64,000 nucleotides of DNA from Gnetum montanum (GCA_015680685.1 MNCI01003323.1:187538-251537); one strand, 5' to 3'; shown: positions 36,801 to 51,200, counted from the first letter of the stretch. Made by a program: numbers and translations. Notes: generated by a model not told the origin, from the letters alone.

Positions 36801-38016
36801 TAAATGGTCTATAAGCACTGGTTATGGGACTTGTCTCCTCTAACTAAGACCCTTCCTCACTTTCTACTTCTTCTCTAATTTGGAATGGTGGTTGTTCTAT
36901 GGAAGCACTCTTGTGTCTTAGGGGCTGGATTGGTCTTAGAATGTCAATGCGAAGTCACTGAAAGTGGTTGGTTTTGGTCTAGACTAAGGATGGATCCTAT
37001 CAATTCATTTAACCACAAAATCCACAAGGGACTTCATGTAACTGTAATTAGGAGCTCCATTCCACTCTCTCTCTCTCTCATCCTTCTATGCTTTCCATGT
37101 TCCACCTCACTACTAATTTCATGTTTTGGTTTGATGCCCTGGTTTGATGTGTCAGAGTTCTTAGTCAGTTACTTCCAGGTTTTTGTACTCAACCTTTTGT
37201 AACCATTAATCATCCATGGAGCCCATGGACTCTTTGGTTTGAAGTTATGCAAGGGAATAAAAGGCCTATGTCTACTTTAGAGAGGACCCATTTGCATATC
37301 ATTTGGTTTGGTTAATTAAGTTCTTTACCCTTAGAAATTTTTACAATCAAATTTTTTCTGTTTACCCCATCAGTGATATCCAATTTTAAACATCTTCACA
37401 ATAGTTTTTAGTGAATTCTTCTTTTCATTGTTGTGAATTCTTATACCTTTTCAAATATTTCCTTGTATTGAACTTTTTCAAATTCAATGGACCACTTAAT
37501 TTAATTAACCCTATCTATCAACCTTCCCACTAACACTACTCAAGAAACCAATCAACCACAATCACAACCTAGCCAAGTGTAACCACTGATAAGACAAGGC
37601 ATTTAATAGTTATGTGTTACACATTGCATACTAATTCATGATCCTGTTGTGATTGCAGTGGGAAGCATGGACTAGAAGTGAGAGTATCTTCACCAAGGAT
37701 GATGCAGCAGTACCACACAATGAGGACCATTCATGATCGTTGAATCTCTTCTCTCTCTCTCTCTCATTCTTTTGCTGCTAAGAGGTTTTGGATGTTAGTG
37801 TTATCCAAGGTGTTTACTTCTCCTATCATGAACACCCAATGTTGTAAAAATTGCAATTCCATAGACTTGGGCACTCAGAATCTATATGTCTATTTCATCT
37901 AAGTCAGTTTGTTATGTTAGTCAATAATTCCACACCTACCCAATATGTTATGTTGTAAGGAACTTGCTCCTCCTCTTCTTCACTCAAGAACAAGTTTTCA
38001 TTCAGTTGTGGGGGTA

Positions 38017-38881
38017 TGATGAATCACCATTTGTATCAACCACAACATCGGGTATGCAACGTCAAGGCCATGACATCACGTACATGATGTCAGGGCCTAG
38101 ATCCAATGTTGAATATATGATGTTGTGATATATTCCCTAATTATATAAATAGCATGCCTGGGCTTCAGTTTTTAGTAAGTTTTTCATTAGTCAATTTTTA
38201 GTTTTCAAGCAAGGTAGTGAAGATCTTGCTATTTTGTCTCCCTAGAGTTAGAATATTTTCTAAGTGCCCACAAAAGTAGTCTAAAGTGTGTATAATTCTT
38301 TTTTCAAACACTGATGTACCTTAGCACAACAGTGTGACAAGAATAAAACAAACTCTTTTAACAATCCTTGCAACACTGATACTAGTTTAATATTTTCTTT
38401 ATTGCATTTTAATTTCTCACTCTTTACTTTAATGCATTTGATTAAGCAGTTTATTTCTAGCTATTAATAAACACGAGCATAACCACTTTGAGCATTCATA
38501 TAGTACTTGGTAACCCAGCAACACTTAACATTTGGTAGCCCAAGAGTGCTATATGTGTTCAAGAAAGTGGGATGATTACTTGTGTTAGGCTAGCTAGGCA
38601 GTAGACATTAGTTTTCAATCTACTCTATGCTTATTCTTGTTATAGGTGATCACATCCATAAAATCTAAACTAAAAAAAATTCATATACCTCAATTACACT
38701 TAAATCATACTCTTAAACCTCACAAGTATAGTTGGGGAGACAACGAACATTCTCATCATCATTTCACTTCCTAGAGAAACTAGTGTATGAGATAACTATA
38801 GGTTCACAAAATTCAACCAGATCATGCATAACACCTTTGTGATTCATATGTTTGGGCATAGGGGTACCTCATTGCTCATCA
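38017..38881 (+). repeat. Athila-like 3' LTR (865 bp)
   Basis: Preceded by PPT-like agttgtgggggta; TGATG...CATCA. Confidence 0.9.
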
Positions 38882-38886
38882 CATGG

Positions 38887-39535
38887 GTATGATGACATGG
38901 ACATGATAGATTATGTTAGACCATGGCTTTTTCTTTGCTTGTATGATAGTATGTTAGCTTTATGTGTGATACGGTGTATGTTGTTTTGAGCATGCATGAG
39001 ACTAACAGTGTTGTAGCTTGCCTTATATCCCACTCCTCTCCTCTAGTGTAGCACTTGTCAACCATCTAGCAAGGGAAGTGTAAAGGCATCCCTCTCAGTT
39101 GTGTACTAACTTTATTTAATTACAGGTAAAAGGTGCAGGAGCCTAGATGAGCACAAAGAGGAAGGGTAGAGGAGGGGAAAAACTTCTATGCTTGGTTGAT
39201 GTATATTTTCATGTATAGTAGTGTGGACTAGATACCCTCGTATGAAATTCTCTATACTCTTCTATATACAATGATGAGGTTTATGTGTTTTGTATTTTTG
39301 CATAGCAATTTATAGTTTGCTTTATGTAGAGACATGCATTTTGATAACATGATATGGATGTTTAGTTTCTGGTATGGTGGGAAAGTTTTGTACTGTTTAA
39401 CTTTTCTTATTATCATGTATTCTACACATTATTGGTCCTAGTTATCATGCTTCCGAGTTTTAGTTATCATGCTTCTGTGCTAAGATTACATGATCCTAAG
39501 CATCACCCTACCCTAAGCTAGGGTGGGATGTTACA
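38887..39535 (+). repeat. Tekay 5' LTR, part 2 (full LTR ~2.7 kb)
   Basis: Matches ~44784-45457; ends gggtgggatgttaca. Confidence 0.88.
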
Positions 39536-39538
39536 TTG

Positions 39539-39551
39539 TGGTATCGAAGCT
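39539..39551 (+). other. Tekay PBS (tRNA-iMet-like, degenerate)
   Basis: tggtatcgaagct versus canonical TGGTATCAGAGC, 3 nt after the LTR. Confidence 0.75.
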
Positions 39552-39616
39552 AGTTTACTTCGATATTATAAGATGGTGTGAATACTCACCCATTTGTGTA
39601 ATTTCATGTTACAAAG

Positions 39617-42600
39617 ATGTATAGTAGACGTGGTCATGGTGTTGGTGGGGCTCGTAGACTAGAAGGGCCTAATGATGGACAGTAGCAGCCTCTTCAAACA
39701 TCTAGCAATGGTCCTACAAATAGGCAACCAAATCTTATACAATAATTATTACAAATCCTGCAGCAGCATGTTGTAGCTAGTGATGCTCTTGCTCTTGTTT
39801 CCACGATCAAAGAAGTGGAAAGTGGTAGTGGTACTGGAGGTTTAGGAGAATCAACCAGGAAACCTATCAATAGGGTACTAGTGGAGTAATTTTGAAAATT
39901 GGGACCTCTAAAATTTGATGGCACTAAGGTTCCCATTGTGGATATAGAATGGTTAGAGGAATTGAAAAAGCTTTTGATTTGATGGATTGTTCATTGTTTC
40001 AATAGACTCACTTGGTAGTTTATCAATTGGTTGGTACTACCTAACATTGGTGGATGATTGAAGAGTAGGCCAAGGGATGGATTGGTCAAGAGGTGGCATG
40101 GGATGATTTTCTAGCATCTTTCAAAGGTTGTTATGTGTCTACCCAACATGCATAGGCCAAGGATGATGAGTTCTACTATTTGTATCAAGGTAGTTGGTCT
40201 ATGGTGGAGTATGATGCTCATTCCTCTGAGCTGAGTAGTTATGTATCCCAAATGTAGAAAAATGCTTAAGCATGGGAAAATAGGTTTGTTTGAGGTCTAA
40301 GACCATATTTAAAGGATCACCTATTACCTCTCAAGTTGACTTCCTATAATGAAGCTAGAGCAGTAGCCATGAATTTAGAGAGGAGTCAGTTGGAGGATAT
40401 AGTACATAGAGAGAGCCAACAAGGGTAGAAGAGAGGACCAGCATCTAGAAAGAGACCTAGCCCCTCTAAGCAAGCTCATGGCCATGGAAGAGAGCATCCA
40501 ACACCTGCTCATGATCCAAATATTGGAGATGGTCATGGAGCTATTATTTGCTATAGATGTGGGTAGCCTAGTCATTTGCAGAGGGATTTCTAGAATTATT
40601 TTGCATGTGGGCAGCTAGAGCATTAGGCTCAAGAGTGTCCAAAGTAGAAAAGTAGTAGTGGAGGAGGTAGAAACTGAAGACAAAAACCTCCAATTTAGGA
40701 TGGAAAAGGAGCACTAGTCACTCAGCCTAGAGGAGGGGACCAAAGGACTCAAGGATGGATGTATGCCTTAACAAACTAGCCTTTGGACATGCAACCAAAC
40801 ACAATGATGGAGATAAGAGGTATGATTTTCAACTTTTCTATGTTGATGTTATTTGATCCTAGTGCTAGCCATTCTTTTATAGATCCTATGGTTGCACATC
40901 ATGTATCTCTTGTATTTCATTCTCTTTCTCCTGGGTTGATAGTATCTTCTATTGGGGGTCATGAAACTTAAGTTCATCAAGTGTGTATAGATGTGCTAGT
41001 AGAATTGAAAGGTATGCAATGGGTTAGTGATTTACATGTTATGGATCTTGGGGTCTGTGATGCTATTTTATGGATGGATTGGTTGTCATAGTTCAATGCT
41101 ATTTTGGACTGTCAAAAAAAGCTCCTACAATTACAATTAGTTGATGGTGCTCTAATTGAGGTACAAACTCATCCAAGGAGTGTGTGCCTAGATTTAATCT
41201 CCTCTTGGATGTACCATAGGATGCTTCAAAAAGGGCATGCATGCTTTGTGGCTACAATCTATAAAATAGATGTGGTGGAGATAGATCAAATTTCTATGGT
41301 TCATGAATTCCCTGATGTATTCTAGTCTGAATTACCAATTTTTCCACCAAGGTAAGAGATTGAGTTAAAGATCAAGCTTAAACCTAGTACAGAACCTATT
41401 TCAAAGGCTCCACATAGGATGTCTTTTGTAGAGTTAGCAAAGCTAAAGATTTAACTACAAGAATTGTTAGATAAAGGCCTTATTTGCCCTAGTGCATCAC
41501 CATGGGGGTGCACCTATGCTATTTGTTAAAAATAAGGATGGGTGTTTGCAATTATGCATAGATTACAGGTAGTTAAAACAAGTGACTATGAAAAATAGAT
41601 ATGCTCTACCATGCATTGATGACTTGTTGGATGATTTCAAATATTGATCTCAAGTCTGGGTATCATCAAATGCAGCTTCATGAGTAATATGTGTTAAAGG
41701 TAGCATTTAGAAAATGGTATGGACATTATGAGTTTTTGGTGCTATCCTTTGGATTCACAAATGCACCAGTAGTTTTCATGCACCTCATGAATAGTGTGAT
41801 GTAATCATTCCTAGATCAGTTTATGATTGTATTCATTGATGATATCTTAGTATATTCTCCTAATTAGCAATTGCATGTAGAGCACTTGTGGAAAATTTTA
41901 CAAACTTTGAGGGAGCACCAATTGTATGCTCAGTCATCCAAGTATTCATTTTGGCAATCAAATATTCAATTCTTAGGACATGTGGTGTCAAGAGCTGGTA
42001 TCTCTCTAGATCCTACAAAGATTGTCACCATTTGTGATTGGCCTAGGCCATAATTAGTTGGGGAGGTATGAAGCTTCTTGGGGTTAGTAGGATATTACCA
42101 TAGTTCTGTGGAATATTTCTCTCGCATAGCATCTCCTTTGACCTACATGTTGAGAAAAGAGGCTAACTTTACTTGGGGCCCAGCTTGCAACGCTACATTT
42201 GAGGAGTTGAAGCATAGATTGGTGACTACTCCTATGATAATGTCTCCTACACCAAGACATCTGCATGATGTTAGCACTAATTATTTAGGGGATGAATTTG
42301 GTTGTGTGTTGATGTAGGATGGAGAATTTGTGGCATATGCATCCCATCAATCAAGGCCACATGAAACTAGATATCCCATGCATGATGTAGAATTGGGTGC
42401 TATGATCTTTACATTGAAGATTTGGTGGCATTATCTATATGGAGAGTAGGTGACTATTTGGACTGACTATAAGAGACTCCAATATCTTATGAGACATCCA
42501 TAGTTAAACCTACAATAACATATATGGGTAGAGCTGCTTGCTAATTTTGATTTCACTATTAAATACAGGCCTGGAAAGATTAACAAAGTAGCAGATGCAT

Positions 42601-44045
42601 TGAGTAGGGTGGCAAGTAAGCTGAATAACTTAACAATCCAATCAAATTTGCAAGAGCATATCTAAGAGCAACAATGACATGATCCTTGGCATCAAACATT
42701 GAGATAACAAATTACCTCTAATCGACTGCTCTCGATGGATAGTCATGGAGTCATATAGAGGGATGATCGAGTATGTGTTCCAAAAGCTCTCCAAATTCAG
42801 TTGATGGATGAGGTCCACATGAGCAAATACCAAATGCATCTAGGTAGTCAAAAAATGTACCAGAGCTTATGACATATGTATTGGTGGCCTAGTATGAAGA
42901 GGAATGTAAGAGAGTATGTATCTTGCTATTTAATTTTCCAGAAAATGAAGATAGAGCATCAAAGACCTAGGGGATATTTGCATTCCCACAATATTCCTTA
43001 ATGGAAATGGAATGTCATTGGTATGGATTTCATTGTTAGTCTTCTACAAGCTTGCAATGGCCATGATGCTATATTAGTGATTGTTGATTTGTTAACAGAG
43101 TCTACCCATTTCCTTCCCACATGATCATCAGTAAGTACCATAGAAACTACACATCTCTTTCTTGTAGAGATAGTGTGGTTGCATGGTGTGCCATGACGGA
43201 TTATTAGTGATAGAGATGCTTGATTCATGTCACATTTTTGGTAGGCATTTCAAAAGGATATGGGTACAAAGCTAAATATAAGTTCGACATATCATCCACA
43301 AACTGATGGTCAAACTAAATAAGTGAATCAAATTCTAGAAGACATGCTGAGAGCCTATGCTTTGCAATATAGAGAAGGTTGGAATCAAATGCTACCATTA
43401 GCTAAATTTATATATAACAACAATTATCAGGAGAGTTTACAAGTAGCACCATATGAGATTTTAGATGGTAGGCCATGTAGAACACATTTATGTTGGGATA
43501 CCATAGAATATTTTCAACAAGTGAGCATAGATTTGGTGAGGTAGACTACAAAGTAGATTCGAGAGATCTAAGATAGGTTGAGAGCTACACAAGATAGGCA
43601 GGCAACATACGCCAATCAACGTCGAAGGCCATTGGAGTTTACAGTTGAAAATCATGTATTTATTCATGGTTCTTCTTTGAAATTCCTTACTCGATTTGGC
43701 AAAAAAGGGAAATTGTCTCCTAGATACATTGATTCATTTCAAGTGTTACAACAGATTGGGAAAGTGACCTATAGGATAGCATTACCTCCTTATTTGGCAC
43801 ATGTCCATGATGTATTTCATGTATCTATGCTATGCCATTATGTGCCTGATGAACATCATATGATTATCCATTTAAGAATACAACTACAATCCAATGTTAG
43901 TTATATTCAGTAACCAATAAAAATTGTTGATCATATGGTGCAATAGCTACGTAGTAAAGTTGTCCCTATGGTCAAAATTTTATGGAGTAGACATGGAGCT
44001 TCAAAGGCTACTTGTGAGGTGGAGACTGGTATGCATGTAGCTAAT
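39617..44045 (+). pseudogene. Tekay gag-pol with chromodomain-like end, decayed
   Basis: CYRCG zinc knuckle, LFDPSASHSFI, CIDYR, VFIDDILVYS, GMDFIV, YHPQTDGQ, KGKLSPRYI, HDVFHVSML, VPMVKILW. Confidence 0.92.
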
Positions 44046-44051
44046 TGTGGG

Positions 44052-45457
44052 GTTAGTTTGCTCTTTGGGAATATATCATTTTGAAGGTTATTCTAGTGTC
44101 CATTTGTATGAAAATACTTATCTTTTGATGAACACAGTATTGTTTTGTCATATCGAGTTCTTCATGTTATTCTTTTTCATCATGGTATTATTCTCCTAGA
44201 ATGACTATAATTGCTAGGGGTGGATATGTGTAGTTATGTTGTTTGGGTATGTTATGCTTATGACCTGTGTTGGCTTAAGCTAGTTGGATTGTGTATATGT
44301 TTTTATGATGATGCATGTGATGGTCGTTGGTGGGTGGTGCTAGCATGAGGGTGTGGACCGATTGGTGATGAGGCACCATAGAGGTAGTATGGATTGACCC
44401 CCATGGTGATGCATCAATGAGGCTCCTATCTCAAGCCTCATCCTAAGAGTGGGAGAGCATAGGTGTGTTTGTCCCTACGACTGGTCTGTGGCATAGGTGT
44501 GTTTATCCCTATCGCCAATCCTCTAGAAGGCTAGTGGTTGCAAGTCACAAGTTGATGAACCCTAGCACTAGTTGGATAAATAAAATACTAATAAAATACC
44601 TATAGGAAATGGTTTTTATGAGTACTCATGGCAACATTTCACATGCTACACTAAGTGCAGATATGCTAGCAACCACATGGGCTATGTATATGATAATATT
44701 GGTTTATGAGTCATATCATTGAGAATAGGTGTTCTATTTGGATTATGATTGTGTGGATCATGGACTATTTATGGTATATCATGGGTATGATGACATGTGC
44801 ATGATAGATGATGTTAGACTATGGATTTGTTTGTGCTTGTATGATAGTATGTTAACTTTATATGGTGTATGTTGTTTTAAGCATGCATGAGACTAACAAT
44901 GTTGTAGGTTGCCTTATACCCCACTCCTCTCCTCTAGTGCAGCACTTGTCGACCATCTAGCAATGGAAGTGTAAAGGCTTCCCACTCAGTTGTTTACTGA
45001 CTTTATTTAATTATAGGTGAAAGGCATAGGAGCCTAGACAAGCATAGAGAGGAAGGGTAGAGAAGGGAAAAATCTTTTGTGCTTGGTTAATGTATATTTT
45101 CATGTACAGTAGTGTGGACTAGATACCCTTATATGAAACTCTCTGTACTCTTCTATATACAATGATGAGGTTTATGTGTTTTTTTATTTTTTCATAGCAG
45201 TGTATAGTTTGCTTTATGTAGATACATGCATTTTGATAACATGATATGGATGTTTAGTTTTTGGTATGGTGGGAAAGTTCTATACAGTTTAACTTTTCTT
45301 ATCATCATGTATTTTGCACATTATTGGTTCTAGTTATCATGATTTTGAGTTTTAGTTATCTAGTTATCATGCTTCTGAGTTTTAGTCATCATGCTTATAT
45401 GCTAAGATTACTTGATCCTAGGAATCACCTTGCCCTAAGCTAGGGTGGGGTCTTACA
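44052..45457 (+). repeat. Tekay 3' LTR, 5'-truncated (PPT and ~1.36 kb deleted)
   Basis: Homology to the 5' LTR starts only at 5' LTR position ~29109. Confidence 0.88.
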
Positions 45458-45600
45458 CCAATGACCTCTTGGAGGCTCCCCATTGGGAAAAGTTGCCCTT
45501 CGACATACCAAGCAAAGGTCACAGGGAATACTAGGTAGTGCAATCTAGACCCTACACGCTCCCTGACCCACACCGGGTTAGGAAGCAACTACATGACTAA
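45458..45600 (+). pseudogene. E3 gag-PR C-terminal tail, resuming after the Tekay insertion
   Basis: NDLLEAPHWEKLPFD...PYTLPDPHRVRKQLHD*, matching the E1 and E2 tails. Confidence 0.85.
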
Positions 45601-45904
45601 GGTACCCCCTTAGTCCAAAACACACTAGGTGCCAACCCACAATTCGCTTCTGCATGTCTTGCACCTTACTCTTTGCTTATGTTGCATTTGTGTTGCATTA
45701 GATTAGCATAGTAGCATGTTATTAACATTTAGCTTGACTGCTTAGATTATGCATTTATTTTCTTAGCTTGTGCATTCATCCACCTTGTTTATGCATTTTC
45801 TTATTAGTTTACACTTCTGTAGTTACTTCTTTAATGTATAAAAAACCTCAAAAATGCATAAAAATCATTAAAGCTAAAATTACAAAAGGAGAGATAGCAA
45901 TACA

Positions 45905-46205
45905 CAGCCTGTAATGGCCTTAAACTAACAATTTTATGGCTCACTATGGCCTTAAACTAGCTATGTGGTGACCTGCTATGGCCTTAAACTAGCAATGTTG
46001 TGGCCTGAAATGGCCTAAAACTATGACTTTTCAAACTATCACTACAGCCCAAAATGGCCTAAAACTACTACTTCTAAAAACTATTGCTATGGCCTGGAAT
46101 GGCCTTAAAGTACCACCTTGGCCTGTCAAGGCTTTAAACTGACAACAAACTTTCTATGGCTCATAATGGCCTAGTATCGCTATGGCTCGCAATGGCCCAA
46201 ACTCA
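45905..46205 (+). repeat. E3 hairpin array downstream of gag-PR
   Basis: About 9 units of ggcc-N6-ggcc-ttaaacta and variants. Confidence 0.82.
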
Positions 46206-46368
46206 CATACTCATAGCAAATGCAATAAAATCATCATATAAGGATAAATGTTTACACATTACATTTAGCAGATAATCATCCATCATATGAATAGCAAGGC
46301 ATTGCATGAATAGCATCACATAGCAAAAATGTAGCAAAAAGCCCAATGGGAGATACATGTGATCATGC

Positions 46369-49300
46369 TTAACCAATAGCACTAGGTGGGGGTGGAGGTT
46401 CTACTTCCTCTACTAGGTCGTTGGGGCCTGCAGCATTACCTAGTACCTACCATAACCATTAACAAATATGCATGATTAGTAAGCAAGCATGCATTATATG
46501 AGCTAGCTCAAAACATAAAAAGCATGAAAAACTAACATGGTAGAAACTAACTTGGGAGGGTCCCACATCGGTGAGTTTCGGAAGCAACTTTCCAAGGCCA
46601 ACCTCCAAGCACGAAAGGATCTTAGCTTCGGAGAGTTGCATCTAGTCTTCCTAGCCAAAGTCAATACCCGCAAGGGTCTTACCTTTGTCAATGGCAATCC
46701 ACATAGGTGGCTTCATGAAAAATGTAGTAGAAGAGGCCTCTCTAGAGGGGGTGATGATCTGTCTCATAGGAGAGTCACTCACAACCATACGCTGTGTGAA
46801 CAAGTCATATGCTTGCTTCTTGTTGGTCACCTCAAGAAACATCTCGAAGGGGTGATGTTCAATAAATTCTTCCTTGTACTATCATAGGTATGTGTCGCAC
46901 TCCCACTTGACTGATGCTTGTGATTCTTCTACATCTATCCCCACCAATAAACCTTTGTGCTATAATTCTTCTAATCCTAATTCTTCTGAGCAAGCAAATC
47001 CATCTAGACCTGCTACTTTACCAACTCCCACATGACCTTGTTCTTATCTCTAAGAGCTATCCAATACCTAGCATACTCCATCTTAGAGGTATGCCAAGTG
47101 CCATCTCCTCATGATCTAGCTACTATGAAGTCATATCTAGATTGAAGATCCTTGATCTTCTCATCTTGGGTAGTCACCCTCTCCCGTAGTTCATGCACAC
47201 ATTTCCACAAGTGCTCATTAGATTGCCTACAGACCCATAACAACTTTGCACAAGAAAGCACACACTTGTTAGATGTCTCGTACATGTGATGAGGCACCTG
47301 ATCAACTTTAAAAGGAAGGTCAAGTAGAGCATCCATCCTTGCCACCTTGCTCAAATTCCACTATAGCTTAGGAACTATAAGCATACAACAAAGTGTTAAA
47401 ATAACCCCCATTAGGTTGGAGCAACCCCTCCTCTTTCAACTATCATAGGATCTCAGCTATCTTATGAAGCTCATCTCCATGAGCTACTTCCTCCTTAGCC
47501 TGAGGAGATGCTTCCTTCGATGCCACCTTAACTACTGCTCTTGCAGCCCTTTTCTTTTTCTGCAATTAATACATACACATGTATAGCACATCATTGCGTA
47601 TCGCACATCATTAGCTAATCAACAAAATAGCATAAAAAATAACATAAAAATATACCTACATAAATACAACTAAAGCATCTAGCATCTACACATACTAACC
47701 TGCAACATCCTCATACAAATCTCATAGACTAATACGAATATTTTTGCTACTTGCCTTCCTAATTTTAGGGGTAGCTTCCTCTTGAGGACACAGCTTCTTG
47801 ATCTTAGCCTTGGATAACAATCCACTTTACTCACATCCCTAATACCAACTGGAGGGCCTTCACCCACACTATTGTGAAAATAATGTAAGTGTCCCACAAG
47901 AACCTTGGTTGTTACTGATAACAACACATCAATCTCCTCTGGATGGTTCTGCATGCATGTGGTTGAAAACATATGTTTGATCCATGGCTAGGATAGCTAC
48001 TCATGATCCTGCACCACCCATCATCGATCATCCCGCACAACTAGAAGTCTGCAAACCTTCACAAGTATCCTATGAAGAACACAAAGTGGATGTGGGACCT
48101 CACTTGGAGGTTGAATTAAAGCAAATAAATCTCTACATGTAGACTAGTAGCTATGTACATAGCCCAATTGAATCTTGTACCCTCTAGCAACACCTCCTTT
48201 ATCATATGTTCCTATTCCAACCCTAGGATCTTTTCTTGGAAGAGTAGCTTTGGAAAGTCACAAGCGTGGAATAGAGGGTAGAACTACTACATCTCAAGCA
48301 CTTGCACATCTTTGATTGATATGCCTTTGTGAGATCGAGTGGCCCTCAACTAGTCCTTGATCTCCTCTCTATGGTCAACCTCCCTACTAGCCTTATTGAC
48401 AATTGTCAGGCCATCAGTAGGAATGCCAAAGAGATTAGCAAAGAAGGCCTCACTGAGGTCTAGCACTACCATCACATCATGCACCCTGGTGACAAATCTC
48501 TTGACATCACTACTAAAGGAGTCAATGATGGTAATCATTTTGGCCATCAAGATACTTAGGCTAAGGGCCAAAAATAAGTCCATTAACCGAGCATGCATGA
48601 GCTAAGCTATCAACACGTCTAGCACTCTATGGCATAGCCAATGTTTTGCACCTTCCACATCCTTGTATTTCATGATACAGGTGACCTCTGTGCAACCCAT
48701 GGTGACCATCGTTACCTCAACTAAGGTAACCCCTGCTACAACACAAAGCAAAACAACATTAGCATCACATAAATAAGGTGAACTAGAAGGCACACATGGA
48801 AGTACATGAGCCAAAATGTAGATATGTAGATGGAATAAATAGAGCACAAGATGGGGTTGCAAACACCTCCTCAAATTTAATCTCACCAACAACTCACTCC
48901 TCATCTAACCAATTGTAAAACCTGCATTGCTTGTATGCATTCGAGTGATGGGAGATAGAGGTCTCTAGATCACATCCCATCTACTTAATCACGACTACCT
49001 AAACATTTGTGCTAGATGAGAAAACCTCTAAGGCAGTGTGGGTTAAGGCTAGAGCATCTAGATTGTCATGCAGGCCATCTTCATCAACTCAAAACCTAGC
49101 AATCAAACATAGAATCATTAGCAATTTAACATGAGCAAGTAGTAAAAAACACTGCACAAGCCATAGAATCACTTACCCTCTGACGTAGTAAACAGTTCCA
49201 AGTGGGTTCTAAAATAGAGTATGTAGTTACTATGTGATAAAACAGGTGTTGTTCTTGTTATAACAAGCAAACCCCATCATGTGCCATACTTTGGATAATT

Positions 49301-51200
49301 TTTGAATGCTCCTAGGACCTCTACCTAAGCCTCTTGCACCATCAACATTAGCAATGAACTCATCTAAGATAAACTTCAGGATGCTCTGGTTAGCCTTGGG
49401 TAGCAACATCTTTGTGATAGCATTAGCAGCCTCAACCGCCAAGTGTGACCACATGATCATACTAAACTATTGCAATAGGTACTCTAGGAGCTCTCAAGCT
49501 CCTAGTCAAAACCACACTACTTGATGATCCACTCACAAATCAAGTGCAAGGGTGTTGAGGACAAGTTAGCTCATGCAACATAAGATGCCCATGAGCTCAA
49601 CCATGATCAAAATGGGTTTCAAAAATAGCCTACAATCACTAAGAAATAGGCAAATCATTAGTATACACACATAGATGCAAAGTTTTGGTACACATATTAT
49701 AAATTATTAACATAAATTAGAAAAAAAATTCCAATTTTGACAATACATCCAAGGTTCCACGGGTGTAGGATGTTGATTAACTCATTTGACGCACCTAGCA
49801 CTCATTAGGATATAGCACATTTTACAGGATTAATACTACATTTTTGTAGGTTTAGCACTACATTTTGCAAGTTTTACACCATGCATAGTTAGTAAAATTT
49901 TTATTAACTCTAGACTATCCAAATAGAGAGCATAGTCCCAAAAAAATAGACATTTTGGAAAACACACATTTGGCAAATACTATGACCTTCCAAAAACAAG
50001 AATGTTCGCAAACACTTAGCAGACTACACTCTCAACACATAGAGAGTGTAGTCTCGTGGTCATGAAGAACGTAGTCTTCCCACAGTGCTATGCTTGTCAT
50101 GCTTGATAAGGCCCCACATTGTCTCTTTGTCACTGTGGCATGTCGTGCCCCATATCACTACCAAAAAAAGAAACAAAAAAAAGGAAACACACATAAGCCC
50201 TCGATGCCGATCATAGCCACAGCCCTTGCGACTGCACCATGGAGAGCAATGACAACTACAGCCCCTATGACCATGCCTCAGAGAAATCTTAAGCCCTAAA
50301 AAATATAATAATATAAAAAATTATAATAGAACCCTCCCCCTACAATGCCCACTTTGGCATCCCTGCCATTACCAGAACCCTCACTAGCACCAATCGCAAC
50401 CACGACAAGAGGAGCGCGATGGTGGCCATGGCCCCTACAGCCACGCCATAGCACGTAAGTTGCAAGGCCCTAAACCCCATGCCAAAGAAGAAAAAGCTCA
50501 ATCCCTATTTCATACACAAGAAAAAAAGAAATGAAATGACATGTGATGATGGCTGCAAGCTCCTACAGTCATGCTACGCCACATAATAATAGCCATTGCC
50601 CTTGCATGTGCATCAAAAACCCACACATAGCCCTAGCCCACGTGTAACCCCAACCCCTACGCTACCTTAGAATAAAACAAAACAAAACTCACCACCATGC
50701 CCTTCCTACTAGTGCTCAATGATAGCCATGGCCCTTACGACCATGTTACATAATGCATGCACAAAGCTTATCCCCCTACGTAGTCCCAAAGGGCCAAACA
50801 AAAACAAAAAAAATGCAACAATGCAAAACCCCATCTCCCTTCCCTATGCCAGCACAGCTTGAACAGGTCTCCAAGACCCAAGCAGGGGCAAGAATCCTCC
50901 CTAATGTCATGTCGTGCCATGATAGCACATGGTCGTGATGACCACCACCATAGTGAGGGATGCAAGGTAGCACCATGGTACTACACTTCCCAAAAGTCCT
51001 CATAACACTCACCAAAAGAAAAAACCACAATGAATAAAAAATTGAGCCAAAGGGAATAGCTTAGTCGATGTACTTGGCTGACACCAACGACCTTCTCTCT
51101 TCCATGCATGCCTACAGTAAGTGGCCCAGTGCTCTCTCTCTCTCAACAATGTTTGTCAACCTTAGATGAAGGCATCCACTCTGATGCATCATCTCCCCTA
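46369..51200 (-). pseudogene. E3 antisense multi-exon accessory gene
   Basis: Exon 2 (49629-49177) reads LFLKPILIMVELMGILCC...IMWSHL...KVW...YNKNNTCFI...ENPLGTVYY. RLMDLFLA and LFGIPTDGL follow. Last exon ends PPPPSAIG*. Confidence 0.83.

Larger units (their letters stand above)
29803..38881 (+). mobile_element. Athila-like Gypsy element inserted in the Tekay 5' LTR
   Basis: TGATG...CATCA termini, TSD CATGG (29798-29802, 38882-38886), no aRH, long 3' non-coding region. Confidence 0.88.
27748..45457 (+). mobile_element. Tekay/Del-type chromovirus LTR retrotransposon
   Basis: TG...CA ends with terminal inverted repeat tgttacaccccacc / ggtggggtcttaca. TSD CCAAT (27743-27747, 45458-45462). iMet-like PBS and chromodomain-like C-terminus. 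Confidence 0.92.

Noticed and set aside
35870-38000. env-like ORF of the Athila-like element
   Set aside because: Only short, low-complexity hydrophobic ORFs from T-rich sequence; no recognisable protein.
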